Shown here piece by piece: positions 37,941 to 51,685 of a stretch of DNA of 64,000 bases. Position 1 is the first letter of the stretch. Each line of letters starts with the position of its first letter. A model generated the notes under the pieces. The model worked only from the letters and a program-made list of their open reading frames with translations. It made no database searches and had not been told where the DNA came from. The position numbers were made by a program, and so were the translations under genes. The DNA comes from Narcine bancroftii (taxonomy: Eukaryota): assembly GCF_036971445.1 (NCBI RefSeq), contig NC_091470.1, positions 187,736,001 to 187,800,000 of the forward strand, in the 5' to 3' direction.

Positions 37941-40878
37941 AGGGGAAACTCTCTCTTGACGGTGCTGGAGAAACTCAGCGTGTCGGAGTTTTCCCAGCCC
38001 TTTTGGACATTGAACTGCAATCGCAGACTTTTCTGCTTTGTTTCACGCTATTGAACCTTCCACCTGGTGGGAGGAGGGAACAGAAAGTGTGTCTGGGCTG
38101 CGAAGGGTCTTTCAGCATGCAGGCGGTGGGAAGGGAGGGATGTTTGTGGGACGAGAGAGAGAAAAGGCACTTTCAGGTGGCCAATTGCCCCGCTTGTAAA
38201 TCCACATATTTTGGCAATATGAGGCTGTCGGGAGGCACCTGCTAGGCGAACTTTGTAACCCTCCTCCAAGAGGGATAATGGCGCAGCACAGTGGCCTCCC
38301 CAGCCATCTGAATGCAGCCGCCTGAAAGTGGTTGCATTCGGGATGAGTCGGCTGGCGAGCGGCTGACAGCTCCTCTCCCAGCTGTCCCTTCCCCCCGGCG
38401 CGGGACGTCAGGGCAGGGGCAGCCGGAACAGGCTGTCAGCGCGTTCCCACTACCCCACTCTCGAAATCAGTCCCCGCATGGATGGAGTCAGGGAGAGGTC
38501 GTAGTTTGTATTATATTGGTCTGCTTTAACAATGCATTTAAAAAAAAATCACCAACATGTCAAATGGCATCAACATGACATCAAAACCACCACTTGAGGG
38601 ACATCCCCACCTGTTCTTGGGACGTGGGGTGGGGAAAATGGAAGCACCCAAGAGTAAGCCCGCGTGGTCACAGGTAGAACGTGCAAACAGCACTGAACGT
38701 CAGGTCATTTGGGTGGAGACAGTAGCCAGAGCCCTGAGGATGGAACCCTTCCCCTCCCCCCTCCCAACTCCACAGTGTCCATTCACTAATGCTGTGACGC
38801 TCACTCATCACAGGTCGAGCTGAGCAAGAGTCAGCGGGAGGGCGGTTCGACGCGGGACCTCCAGCGACTTCAGTCACCGCGTGAACTGCAGCGTCAAACG
38901 TTTGCTGCAAGCTCCATCTCCCAGCCACGATCCCAGAAGCTCTCCAGCCTTGCCCACTGCACGAAAGCGGCTGCGGCGACAGAGAGTGAGTGTTTGTCTG
39001 TGTGAACCACTGGGGAATGGTGGCAACGTGGAGGTGGGTGCTCAGTTAAATTCCAACTCATCCGGACATCTAATCGATGTTTCAGTGGGGCTGCATTTTC
39101 TCGGAATGAGAAACCATTGATGGAACGTGCATTTTGTACAAATGTTCAAATTTTATAGCCCTTCCGGCCCACGAGCATGTGTCGCCTAATTACACCCAAA
39201 CGTCCTACAACCCTGGTGGGAAGAAACCCACATGGACACAGGGAGATTGTACAGACTCCTTGCAGACAGCGGGGCGATTCAAACCGCTTGCATGGTAACA
39301 GCGGCGCGCTAACCTCTAGGCAAATCGTCTCCTAACTACAGGAAATGTATCAATAGGATTGAAAGCGTGCAGAAATTTACAAGGATCCTGAAGAACTTGA
39401 GCACAGGAAAAGGTTAACGAGTTTACACTTTATTCCCTGGAGTGTAGAAGAATGAGGGGAGCTTTGACAGGGGTATACAAAGAAAAGCTGACTGAGGTTA
39501 GGTGAGACTAGAACTAGAGGTGAAACCTGTCAAGGGACCTCCTTCAGGCAGAGTGGTGGGAGTGTGGAACGAGCTGCCAGCTCTACGCTGGCTCAATTTT
39601 GACGTTTCAGAAAAATTTCGGAGAGGTTCCTGGATGGGAGGGCTATGGGCCAGTGCAGGCCTAGGCAAAATAATCAGAACAGACTAGACGGGCTTTTTTT
39701 CTATGCTGTAGTGTTTGATGGTGGGAGCTGCACTTCCAGTGCTCCCACAGCCCGGGGGGGGGGGGGGGGGGGGCTGTTCCTGAAGGCTGCTCTCACTGTA
39801 TCCCCGGAGGAAACACAAGTGCTTGCTCCAGGAATATGGCCTCGCACGGGGAATGTGTGGGCAGGGGTGTCGGTAAAGCTGGTCGGACAACATCTGAGTG
39901 GGTCATCATCATCTCAGCAGTTAGATCCTGGGCAGGCTCAGAGATTGGGCAATGACCCTTTGGTCTACTGTCCATGTTAATGCTATTATATATTCTGCCC
40001 ACATCCCCATGCTGCAGACTCAAACGCACTAGAGAAGGGGGGGGGGAGTTGGCAATTTACAGTAACCACTTAACCCACCAGCCTGGGGTCAAAGGGTCCT
40101 GAAACAATTATCCTTTACTCCTTGCAGATTCACCAGCCTGTATTACCCCTCTCCTCTTTATGCCAGCCATCTCCTGAGGCAGTGTCTCCACCTTAAATGA
40201 CAGCAAGTCCTTGCTACCCCCACAGATGCTGCTGGGCCCACTCAATTCCTTCAGCAGTACTTGTAGTCTCTTCCTCCGGGCTCCTGGCCAGGGGTGAGGA
40301 AGGGTAGGGAGTGGTGAAAGAGGGTAAGATAGTTCCCTCAGCTCCTGGCAGTCTGAGAGAGTAAGAGCAGCAGGCTGAGATCTATTTCTATCTGCTCCCA
40401 CTTCTGGAAAATCACACTTCCTAAACGTTACCCTGCTCGGAGATCAGAAGACTGTTGGCACTGAAATATTTTAAATTTAGACTGGTGGAGGACTGGTGCC
40501 AATCTTCGATCCAGATACTTGGGGTGAGATCCAAATCAGCAGCTTACTCTCCTGAGGAATAAAAGAATTTAGCCTTTTTCTTTCCACCCACTGAAGCAAT
40601 CCCTTACAGAGCACCTATGGCACAGGGATTCCTTCAGGTGGTATGTGGGTGGGAACAAACAGTTTGAAAACCACTGTTTTAATCATCCCTCATTGACTCG
40701 TTATGTGCATGGTTTCATCGCTCCAAAGGAAATGGGCCAATGACAATTTTTCCTCAAGCAAAATATTTCAGTCACAATTGGGTCTAGAGCAGTGGTTCTC
40801 AACCTTCCCTTCTCACCCACATCCCACCTTAAGCAATCCCTTACTAATCACAGAGCACCGATGGCGTAGGAATTACTT

Positions 40879-43800
40879 TTTTTAAATTTTTTTTATTTTT
40901 CACACCATAAACCACATTAACCATGATACATACTTTTTCCTTTTCAAATATATACAGTGCCATTTTCTCCCCCAACCTCCCATCCCACTCTCCCAACCTC
41001 CCCCCACCCGTCCATTTAAAGTACAAAATCTAGGATACATTAAACCAGTCAAACAATGTTGTCATTCAATAAAAATAAACAAGAAATTCCACTGAGTCAA
41101 TTCTTTTCATTTCCTTCTCCTTTCGTAAATTTAGGTAGTGAATGTCCCCGGTAGGTTTTCTCTATTGTGTTTCATGTAAGGCTCCCATATTTGTTCAAAT
41201 ATTTCAATATTATTTCTTAAACTATATGTTTTTTTTTCTAATGGAATACATTTATTCATTTCTATATACCATTGTTGTATTTTCAAATTATCTTCCAATT
41301 TCCAGGTTGACATAATACATTTTTTTGCTACGGCTAGAGCTATCTTAACAAATCTTTTTTGTGCACCATCCAAATCAATTCCAAATTCTTTGTTTTTTAT
41401 GTTGCTTAGGAGGAAGATCTCTGGATTCTTTGGTATATTGTTTTCTGTAATTTTATTTAATATTTGGTTTAGATCTTCCCAAAATTTTTCTATTTTCTCA
41501 CATGTCCAGATTGCATGAATTGTTGTTCTCATTTCTTTTTTACATCGAAAACATCTATCAGATACTGTTGGGTCCCATTTATTTAACTTTTGAGGTGTAA
41601 TGTATAGCCTGTGTATCCAGTTATATTGTATCATACGTAACCTCGTATTTATTGTATTTCTCATCGTTCCAGAACATAACTTCTCCCATGTTTCCTTTTT
41701 TATCTTTATATTTAAATCTTGTTCCCATTTTTGTTTAGATTTACCATTTGTTTCCTCATTCTCCTTTTCTTGCAGTTTAATATACATATTTGTTATAAAT
41801 CTTTTGATTATCATTGTATCTGTAATCACATATTCAAAGTTACTTCCCTCTGGTAAACTCAAACTGCTTCCTAATTTGTCCTTCAAGTAGGATCTCAATT
41901 GGTAATATGCCAGCACTGTATCTTGAGTTATATTGTATTTATCTTTCATTTGTTCAAAGGATAATAATCTATTTCCTGAAAAACAATTTTCTATTCTTTT
42001 GATCCCTTTTTTCTCCCATTCTCTAAAGGAAAGGTTATCTATTGTAAAAGGGAGTAACTTATTTTGCATCAATATTAGTTTTGGTAATTGATAATTTGTT
42101 TTATTCCTTTCTACATGAATCTTATTCCAAATATTGAGGAGATGATGTAATACTGGAGAAGTTCTATGTTGTACCAATTTTTCATCCCATTTATATAATA
42201 TGTGTTCAGGTATCTTTTCCCCTATTTTATCTAATTCTAATCTAGTCCAATCTGGCTTTTCCCTTGTTTGATAAAAATCTGATAGGTATCTTAATTGTGC
42301 GGCTCTATAATAATTTTTAAAGTTTGGCAGTTGTAAGCCTCCTTGTTTATATCATTCTGTTAATTTATCTAGTGCTATCCTCGGTTTCCCCCCTTTCCAT
42401 AAAAATTTCCTTATTATTTTCTTTAACTCCTTGAAGAATTTCTCGGGCAAGTGTATTGGCAATGCCTGAAATAGGTATAATAGCCTAGGGAAAATGTTCA
42501 TTTTAATACAGTTTATCCTTCCTATTAGTGTTAATGGTAAATCTTTCCAATGCTCTAAATCGTCCTGTAATTTTTTCATTAGTGGATAATAATTGAGTTT
42601 ATATAGATGGCCGAGATTTTTATTTATTTGTATACCTAGGTATCTTATTGCTTGCATTTGCCATCTGAATGGTGATTCCTTCTTAAATTTTGAGAAATCC
42701 GCATTATTCATTGGCATTGCTTCATTTTTATTTACGTTAATCTTGTAACCCGACACTTCTCCATATTCCTTCAATTTCTTATATAATTATTTTATTGATA
42801 GTTCTGGTTCTGTTAAGTATACTATAACATCATCCGCAAATAAACTGATTTTATATTCCTTGTCTTTTATTTTTATCCCTTTTATATTATTTTCTGTTCT
42901 TATCAATTCTGCTAGTGGTTCTATAGCTAACGCGAACAATAAAGGTGATAGTGGGCATCCCTGCCGTGTTGACCTGCTTAAGTTAAATTGCTTTGATATA
43001 TATCCATTTACTGTCACTTTCGCCAATGGCCCCTTATATAATGCTTTAATCCAATTAATATACTTCTCTGGTAAACTGAATTTTTGCAATACTTTGAATA
43101 AATAATTCCATTCTACTCTGCCAAAGGCCTTCTCTGTGTCTAAAGCAACTGCTACTGTTGGAGCTTTACTCCCTTCTACTGCATGAATTAAGTTAATAAA
43201 TTTACAAATATTGTCTGTTGTGCGTCTTTTTTTAATAAATCCAGTTTGGTCTAGATTTACCATTTTAGGTACATACTCTGCTAATCTGTTTGCTAATAGT
43301 TTAGCTATTATCTTATAATCTGTGTTAAGTAATGATATTGGTCTATATGACGCTGGTGCGAGTGGATCTTTCCCTTGCTTTAGTATTACTGTAATTATTG
43401 CTGTTTTACATGAATCTGGTAAGCTTTGTGTTTTATATCAATCTGGTTGATTACTTCCAGGAGGAGAGGAATTAATAAATCTTTAAATGTTTTATAGAAT
43501 TCTATTGGGAATCCATCTGTCACATTTGTGGCCCGAAATGTGAAGTTAATAAAACATTAAACACAAGTTTTATCAGGTAAACTTCTGAGTGTCTTTATTC
43601 TCCCGTTTCCTTTGTTCTCCTGCTTGTGTTCTTATCTCTCCCTCATACCACGTGACTTCCGGTACATCTCATACATATTCATTATCATGACACCATCCTC
43701 TCCTGGTGTTTTATTATTTGGTAATTTTTTAATTATCTCTTGTATTTCTACTATTTCAAATGGTTCTGTTAATTTATTTTGTTCCACTATTTGTAATTTT

Positions 43801-46800
43801 GGTAGTTCAATTTTAGTTAGAAATTCATCTATTTTCCCTTCTTTCCCTTCGTTTTCAGTTTGGTATAATTGTTCATAGAATTCTCTCAAGTTTTCCTTGA
43901 TCTCCTTTGGATTATATGTGATTTGTATGTCTTTTTTCCTTGATGCCAATACCATTTTCTTAGCTTGTCCTGTCTTAAGCTGCCATGCTAGAATTTTGTG
44001 CGTTTTTTCCCCTAGTTCATAATATTTCTGTTTTGTCTTCATTATATTCTTCTCCACCTTATATGTTTGTAGTGTTTCATATTTTATTTTTTTTATCTGC
44101 CAATTCTCTTCTTTTAGTTGTATCTTCCTTCATTGCTAATTCTTTTTCTATATTTACTATTTCCCTTTCCAACTGCTCTGTTTCATGATTATAGTCCTTC
44201 TTCATCTTGGTTACATAACTTATTATTTGCCTTCTAATGAACGCTTTCATTGCATCCCATAGTATAAACTTATCTTTCACTGATTCCGTATTTATTACAA
44301 AATACATTTTAATTTGTCTTTCAATGAATTCTCTAAAATCCTGCCTTTTGAGTAGCATGGAGTTTAATCTCCATCTTTACATTCTTGGAGGGATGTCCTC
44401 TAACTTTATTGTCAATATTAAGGGTGAATGGTCTGATAATATTCTAGCTTTATATTCTGTTTTTCTTACTCTATCTTGCATACGAGCTGATAACAAAAAT
44501 AGGTCTATTCTTGAGTTTGTTTTATGTCTAGCCGAGTAATATGAATATTCCTTTTCCTTTGGGTGTTGTTTCCTCCATATATCCAAAAGTTGCATTTCTT
44601 CCATCGATTTAATTATAAATTTGGTTACTTTGTTCTTTCTGTTAATTTTTTTCCCAGTTTTGTCCATATTTGAATCCAAATTCAGGTTGAAATCCCCTCC
44701 TATTAATATGTTCCCTTGCATATCTGCTATCTTCAAAAAAATATCTTGCATAAACTTTTGATCTTCTTCGTTAGGTGAATATACATTGAGTAAATTCCAA
44801 AACTCCGAATATATCTGACATTTTATCATTACATATCTCCCTGCTGGATCTATTATTTCCTCTTCTATTTTAATTGGCACATTTTTACTAATTAATATAG
44901 CTACTCCTCTTGCTTTTGAATTATACGACGCTGCTGTTACGTGTCCTACCCAATCTCTCTTTAATTTCTTGTGCTCCAATTCAGTTAAATGTGTTTCTTG
45001 CACAAATGCTATATCAATTTTTTCTTTTTTCAGTAAATTTAGCAGTTTCTTCCTTTTAATTTGGTTATGTATTCCGTTAATATTTAAAATCATATAGTTC
45101 AGCGTAGCCATTTTATACTTTGTTTATCTTCCCTTTCCGTTTCTCCATCATCACCTTTCCTTCTTATCCATTTCTGCTTTCTTGTTTTGAACACTTTATA
45201 AGACAACATTTCTAAAACATCAAACATTTTCCTTATTCTCCTATTTAAAACTTCTTTTATCCCATTCTCCCCTCCCCCTCCTGAGTTGCCCTTTATCCCT
45301 TGTCGGACAACCACATCTCCCCTCTCCATTTGGATTTGCGAATTCACTCGCAAACGTCAGCTGATTTTGCAGTGACCGTAACTCCTCCCCACCCAGCCCC
45401 CCCCAGAAAAGATTTCAATTTTCATATGTAACAAAGGTCACTTTTTTAATTCCCTCCTTATTCCCTCTATTCCATTTCCCTCCCTTATTAATTCTTGTCT
45501 ATACTCTATATATTTTCCTCTAAATACAGATACATTCATGTTTGCACACTATATATATATATATATCTTCATTTACCCCTTTACACACATACATATAGAT
45601 CGTGGTCATTTTTACTCTTATTACATGTCTTCATCTCTCTGCTTGTTTTGTAGTTGTTCTGCAAATTTCCTTGCTTCCTCTGGATCCGAGAATAGTCTGC
45701 TTTGTTGCCCTGGAATAACTATTTTAAGTACCGCTGGGTACCTTAACATAAACTTATATCCTTTTTTCCATAAGATCGTTTTCGCTGTATTGAACTCCTT
45801 CCTCTTCTTCAGGAGTTCAAAACTTATGTCTGGATAGAAAAAAATTTTTTGACCTTTATATTCCAGTGGCTTTTTGTCCTCTCTTACTTTCTTCATTGCT
45901 TTCTCCAATATATTTTCTCTTGTTGTATATCTTAAGAATTTTACTAAAATGGATCTTGGTTTTTGCTGCGGTTGTGGTTTCGGGGCTAAAGTTCTATGTA
46001 CCCTCTCTATTTCCATTTCTTCCTGTAATTCTGGTCTTCCCAGGACCCTGGGGATCTAAACTTTTATAAATTCTCTCATATTCTTGCCTTCTTCATCTTC
46101 CTTAAGGCCCACTATCTTTATATTATTTCTTCTATTATAGTTTTCTATTATATCTATCTTCTGAGCTAACAGCTCCTGTGTCTCTTTAACTTTTTTATTA
46201 GATTCTTCTAATTTCTCTTTTAAGTCTTCTACTTCCATTTCTACAATTGTTTCTCATTTTTCCATATTTTCCACTCTTTTTCCTAACTCTGATATGGCCA
46301 TTTCCATTTTATTCATTTTTTCTTCTGCATTCTTAATTCTTCTTTTTATCTCATTAAATTCTTGTAATTGCCATTCTTTCACTGATTCCATATATTCTTT
46401 AAAAAAAGATACATCCATTTTCTTGCCTTTCTCTTCTTCTTCCATTTCTTTCTGTTCTTCTTCTTCTTCCTCTGGATTGACCATCTATTGTTTTCTTGTT
46501 TTCTTTTTACCCTCTTCTTTCTTGTTGTCGTTATTGTCTGTGTTCTGCACCTGCTGCTGTGCTGCAGGTGTCTCTCTCAGCTGTGGAGATCGACTCCGCA
46601 GCTGTTCCCCCTTCCCGTCAGTGTGTTTTTTTTTCATGCGCGGTTGCGCACTTTTACTCGGCTCTGCGAGCCATTTTTGTAGTCCCGAGCCCGGGACCTC
46701 CACTGACCTGTGGGAGCGGGCTTCTCTCTCCGCGGCGGGCCTCTTTGGACAGGTAAGGCCTTCACCTTCTTCTTCCGACGTCTTTCCTTCTTCTTTTCTT

Positions 46801-47080
46801 CCCGTTGTTTTTGGTTTTTCTTTCTTCGCTGCCATTTTCTCCACACTTTTACTTTCACTTTGTTTTGGTTTTTAAGTTTGTGCCTTTGCTTTTTCTGTAT
46901 CTTTTAGCAGTTTCTTCCTTTTAATTTGGTTATGTATTCCGTTAATATTTAAAGTCATATAGTTCAGCGTAGCCATTTTATACTTTGTTTATCTTCCCTT
47001 TCCGTTTCTCCATCATCACCTTTCCTTCTTATCCATTTCTGCTTTCTACCGGCCACTACTCCATCACGTGACTCCCTCTT
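40879..47080 (-). mobile_element. Full-length L1/Tx1-clade LINE, copy 2, inserted in a MITE
   Basis: ORF1 (MAAKKEKP..., with premature stops), ORF2 MATLNY...QETH...GGDFN...SDH, RQGCPLSP, FADD and CCHC; 13-bp TSD GTAGGAAWTACTT at 40866-40878 and 47081-47093 (one mismatch). Confidence 0.95.
43518..43692. mobile_element. 175-bp solo LTR with 5-bp TSD, inside L1 ORF2
   Basis: TGTCA...TGACA ends; CCATC at 43513-43517 and 43693-43697; the empty site GGGAATCCATCCTCTCC is visible in L1 copy 1 near 5510. Confidence 0.88.
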
Positions 47081-47775
47081 GTAGGAAATACTTAAAGTGG
47101 GACGTGAGTGGAAAGAAAAAGGTTGAGAACTATTGCTTTAGCCAATTCCACTTATTCGTTACACAGGTCTGTCACTTCCACAGAGGAGCCCTCAGAACAC
47201 TAAACTCATGGGTTTAAATTCTCTGATGCAGTGGTTTTCAACCTTTTTTTTCCCCCTCCTCCCACTATCCACCTATTGCTTCCTGCCTGTTGGATCAGTG
47301 CTCCTGCCCCTCCCACCAATTTATTCAGGTGCCTGCCTACATGTTGCTCACTCTCCAACCAAGGGCTCAAGCCCGAAACGATGGTTATGGTGCTTTGTCT
47401 TTGTGATATAAAGGGACCTGCTGGTTTTCTCCAGCGTTGTGCTTTTATATTAAAGATATACGACTGATGTTTCAGATTCAAAACTTTGGTTATGTATCTT
47501 TACCCCCTGAAGACGCTGCAAGACCTGCTGAGCTCCTCCAGCAGTTTTGTGCTTTTACAATGATCACAGTGTCTGCAGACTAGTTTTTTTTTTGCAACCT
47601 CTGGAAGGGAGGATGCTTTTAATGCACCAAGACAGATCAGGTGAGTACTGCACTCTGGAGATGGCAGGGGTGCGATGGTGGGAACCATCTGCAGGTCATG
47701 CTGGTGTATTGCTCCAAGCTGACACAAACTTGTTGAGTAGCTTCCAACAAAGCAGCTCAGACTGATGGGGACTTG

Positions 47776-48238
47776 CTAAAGATTCATGTAGATCCTCAGA
47801 TCCTTCTCCCATGCTCTCGCCCTCGCGTCCCTCCTGAGCTCCTCCCGCCTGCTGACCGTAGCCGCCTTCTCCGTGCGACGGGCAGCAGTCCTCGGCTGCC
47901 GCACTGCTTCAGAGTCATTGGCCTGGAAGTGAGTGACCTTTGGCTTCGGGTTCCTCTGGAAGCCCAAGCCCTTCTGGTCTCTCTTCAGCACCGTCCCAAC
48001 AGGGAACTTTCTCCCCTTCCCATCTGGGCCGAGGCCTGCCCCCCTGTCCCAACCATCTTTCAGCATGATCTGGAACCCGACGTTGCTTTCGGGAATGAAG
48101 TAATGCGTCGGTGGCGGCAGCTCATCGTTCTTGCTGAGTAAGTGCAGCATTGACCTCTCATGCTGTTCAATGGTATCCTCCAGGTATTCCAGTCTGCACA
48201 GCTGGCAGAACTTCTTGTGTGGAGGCCTCTCTTTGCAG
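47776..48238 (-). CDS. GPANK1: G patch domain and ankyrin repeats 1, last coding exon (CxxC...HxxxxxH finger and G-patch)
   Basis: Acceptor ttctgtgatag; FCQLCRLEYLEDTIEQHERSMLHLLS; G-patch NVGFQIMLKDGWDRGAGLGPDGKGRKFPV...GLGF; ends WEKDLRIYMNL*. Confidence 0.95.
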
Positions 48239-48394
48239 CTATCACAGAATCAGAAGTATTACAAATTAATGTCATGAAATTCATTCTTTTGTGGCAGCAT
48301 CACAGCGCAAACATTTCTATGAACCGCATTACAAATAAGTAAAAAATAGTGCAAGGTAAAAGATAGTGTCTAAGGGTCATTCAGCGGGGAAGAA

Positions 48395-48845
48395 GCTGTC
48401 CTTGTGTCGCTGAGTGCTCAACTTCAGGCTCCTGTACCTTTTCCCTGATGGTAGCAGAGTGAAGAGGGGGTGGGGATCCTTTAAGGATAGAGGCTGCTTT
48501 TTTAAGACACCGCCTCTCGGAGATGTCCTTGATGGAGTGAAGTCTGGTGCCTGTGATGTTGCAGGCCGAGTTAACATCCCTCTGGAGATTTTTCCTGGCC
48601 TGAGCATTGGCACCTCCACACCACAGTGATGTAACCAGCTAGAATGCTCTCCACAGTCCACCTGTAGAAGCCTTCGAGAGTCTTCGGTGGTGTACCGAAT
48701 CTCCTCAGAACTCTTCACAAAGTACAGCTGCTGGCGAGCCTTCTTCACGATTGCATCGGCTTGGAGGCTCCAGGACAGGCCCTTGGAGACGTGGACACCC
48801 AGGAATTTGAAGTTCTTGACTCTCTCCGCTGCTGAGCCCTCAATG
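48395..48845 (-). mobile_element. Rex1/Babar-like LINE 3' fragment in the GPANK1 intron
   Basis: VKNFKFLGVH, KKARQQLYF and HPLFTLLPSGKRYRSL...SFFP motifs. Confidence 0.75.
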
Positions 48846-49832
48846 AGAGAGAGAGAGTAGTTACAGCAGCATCTGTTACAGGAGTCACTGGAGAATACCA
48901 GAGAGCTGTGAACTCGACCAGCGACATCACAGTCACCAGTCTTCACTTCATCGAGGTCATCTACAAGAGGCATAGACCATTGCAATTGCTCTGCGAGGTA
49001 CTGAGGCTGAGCCATCAAGAAGAAAAACATCTGTAACTGCTTTTTGCCAGGAAGAGAAATATCTGATTAATTGCCTGGAAAGGACGTGGTTCCAACGGCT
49101 AGAGACAACGACTTGATGTTCGGCTAACTGCTAAGAATAATGTGCAAGACCAACTACACACTTGTTTGTTATGGTGTACAAATATTTGCCTTGTTACCCT
49201 GGATGCGCACTTGGGTCTGGAATCCTGAACCATTGTTCGGTCTCCTGTGCCCAAATACGACAGCTGTTGCAGAAAATCTGGACTTGGGTGAGCGTGACAG
49301 GTATTGCGGCAGTATAAAAAGGGAACAAAGTTCCTGCTTAACAATGGCTGACCTAATTCAATTCTCCCTATCCCAGGTATCACCCCCCCGCCTGAAAAAA
49401 ATTAAAAGACCCTGCCTCCACCCTCTTCCCTCAGCAATCCCTTACTAATCACAGAGCACCGATGGCAGAGGAAATACTTAAAGTGGGATGTGAGTGGGAA
49501 GAAAAGTTTGAAAACCTCTCTCCTAGAATCTTCCACAAGAGATAACACACCCTCCACATCAAGAGAGGGGTATGCAAGGTTATGGGGTGGGTGTGGGTCA
49601 TTGGGACTAGGTGGTGTTCAGCATGGACTTGGAAAGGCCAAACTGGCTGTAAATGTTATATGGTTACATCTCTCAGGACATTATCAATTTTAATCATTCC
49701 TCAATTAGAACATAAAACATTAAAGCACAGAACAGGCCCTTCGGCCCTCGATGTTGTGCTGACCTATATACAAAAAGTACTAAAGCCTTCCAGCCTTGTA
49801 ACGCTCTATTTTTTCTATGCCCAAGAGACTCT

Positions 49833-50569
49833 TGTGACAGAGTATTTTGAAGTGTTTTGGGAGGAAATGTTAGAGCATACAAACATTTTAAAAACACAGA
49901 ATTTTTGGAGGACTTTTGCAGAGTGCTTTTTGCAAGAGGCAACAAAGTATGGACAGCAGCTTGCCTGGGAGAGCATGTGACCTTTGCAGGCAGAGGAAGA
50001 ACAGTTTTGCTCTCAGAGAGGGAGGGAGTGAAACAGAGAGGAGAGACAGAAATCAGTTCCAGAAACTTTGGAAGGCTGCCTGGCCAAAGGAGGAGATTGG
50101 CAGTGTGAAGGGTGACCTGAAAGAAAGAAGATCATCTGGAGAATCCTGAAGGGGGCAAGTTTCGTCAGTAAGCCTGATTGGAAAGGAATCAGTTGCGGAT
50201 GTCCTGGAAAAGGAATCTCTCTCTCTGAAAACCAGCAAGAACCTTCCTGAGTGGTAACTATATGCCTGTTAAACACCAAAGCCTGGTGAACTTCGTTAAT
50301 GCTAACTTCTGTGCACAGAACAAGAATTGCCTGCAACCAGTGAGATTGGACAGTGATCCAAAGAACTTTTCTCATCTTAAATATACATTACATACACCCG
50401 TGCTTAGTATTAGAGTGGGGGGGGGGGGCGGGGGGATTAAGTAGGTTGGGTAGGTTAAGTAAGTTGATAGTAATAACTTTAATTCTGTTTTCTTGTTCAA
50501 ATATATACCCCTGGGTTGTGGTGCATCTCTATTGCTGCTGGTTTTTGGGGTCCTCTGGTCTCCGTAACA
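49833..50569 (-). mobile_element. Solo LTR (737 bp) with 4-bp TSD, inserted in a CR1 3' end
   Basis: TGTGAC...GTAACA ends; CTCT at 49829-49832 and 50570-50573; CR1 sequence resumes on both sides (49705-49832 and 50570-51110). Confidence 0.88.
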
Positions 50570-51125
50570 CTCTTAAAATCCCCTAATGTTTCAGCCTCCA
50601 CCACCACCACCCCTGGCAAGGCATTCCTGGCACCCACAATCCTCTCCGTTAAAAAAAAAACTTACTCCTGACGTCTCACCTAAATTTTTCTCCACTTTGC
50701 AGAGATGTCCCCTGGTGTTTGCTACTCCTGCCCAGGGGAAAAAAAAAGTGCTGGCTGTCCACCTTATCGATGACTCTCGTAATCTTGTAGACCTCAATTA
50801 AGTCTCCTCTCATCCTTCTTTGCTCCAGAGAGAAAAGTCCTAGCTTTCCTCACCTTGCCTCATAAGACTTATTTTCCAATCCATGCAACATCCTGGTGAA
50901 TCGCCTCTGCCCCCTCTCCACAGCTTCCACATCCTTCCTATAATGAAGTGACCAGAACTGAACACAATACTCTAAAAGTGTGGTCTTACCAGAGATTTCT
51001 AGTTGCAACATGACCTCTCAACTCTTGAACTGTATTCCCCTATTAATGAAGCCTAATATCCCATAGACTTTCTTAACTCTCCTGTCAATTTGCACGGCCA
51101 CCTTGAAGGAAGCAATGATTCATAC

Positions 51126-51685
51126 CTCTGTTCTTCCTCTGGGCAAGTGTGATATTCCTCCAGGACAGCGACAATTTCCCCATGGCCAGCCTGTCGGGCC
51201 AAATCCAGGGCATCCCGACCAGAGGAATCACACACTCCAATCCACGCAGCCCCGAGGCTCAGCAAGTACCTCACCACCTCCAGTTGGCCGCTGCATGCTG
51301 CGCACATGGTAGCAGTCCAGTAGTAACTGTCCCGGAAATTTATGTCGCACACTCCCGTCTCCAGTAACCTCTGGACCATCTTCAGGTCCCCATTCTGAGC
51401 AGATCTCAGCAACACGTGTCCATTTCTCTCCCCTCCTTCTGGGACTTGACGCCTGCTGGGACCCTTCCTCCTTGCCCTCCCGCTCGCAGCCTTGGGTTTA
51501 CAGACTGAACTGGTGCTGGCCTCGCTGCTCGAACCAAGGAGGCTCTCGTAGAAATTCTTTGCCTGCTCGCCATCTAAGCCTCCCTCTCTGGGGCAGGGAA
51601 TGGGGGCTTTCCGCCATTCACCATTTTTCCAGGGGTCAGCGTCCTCGACTGCACGAGTAAAACTGATTAGATGCCCGTAGCTCAT
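51126..51685 (-). CDS. GPANK1: G patch domain and ankyrin repeats 1, first coding exon (ankyrin repeats)
   Basis: MSYGHLISFTRA..DPWKNG resembles the mammalian N-terminus; LLRSAQNGDL and INFRDSYYWTATMCAACSGQLEVVRYLL; donor AG|GTATGA, phase 2; spliced product 340 aa. Confidence 0.95.
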
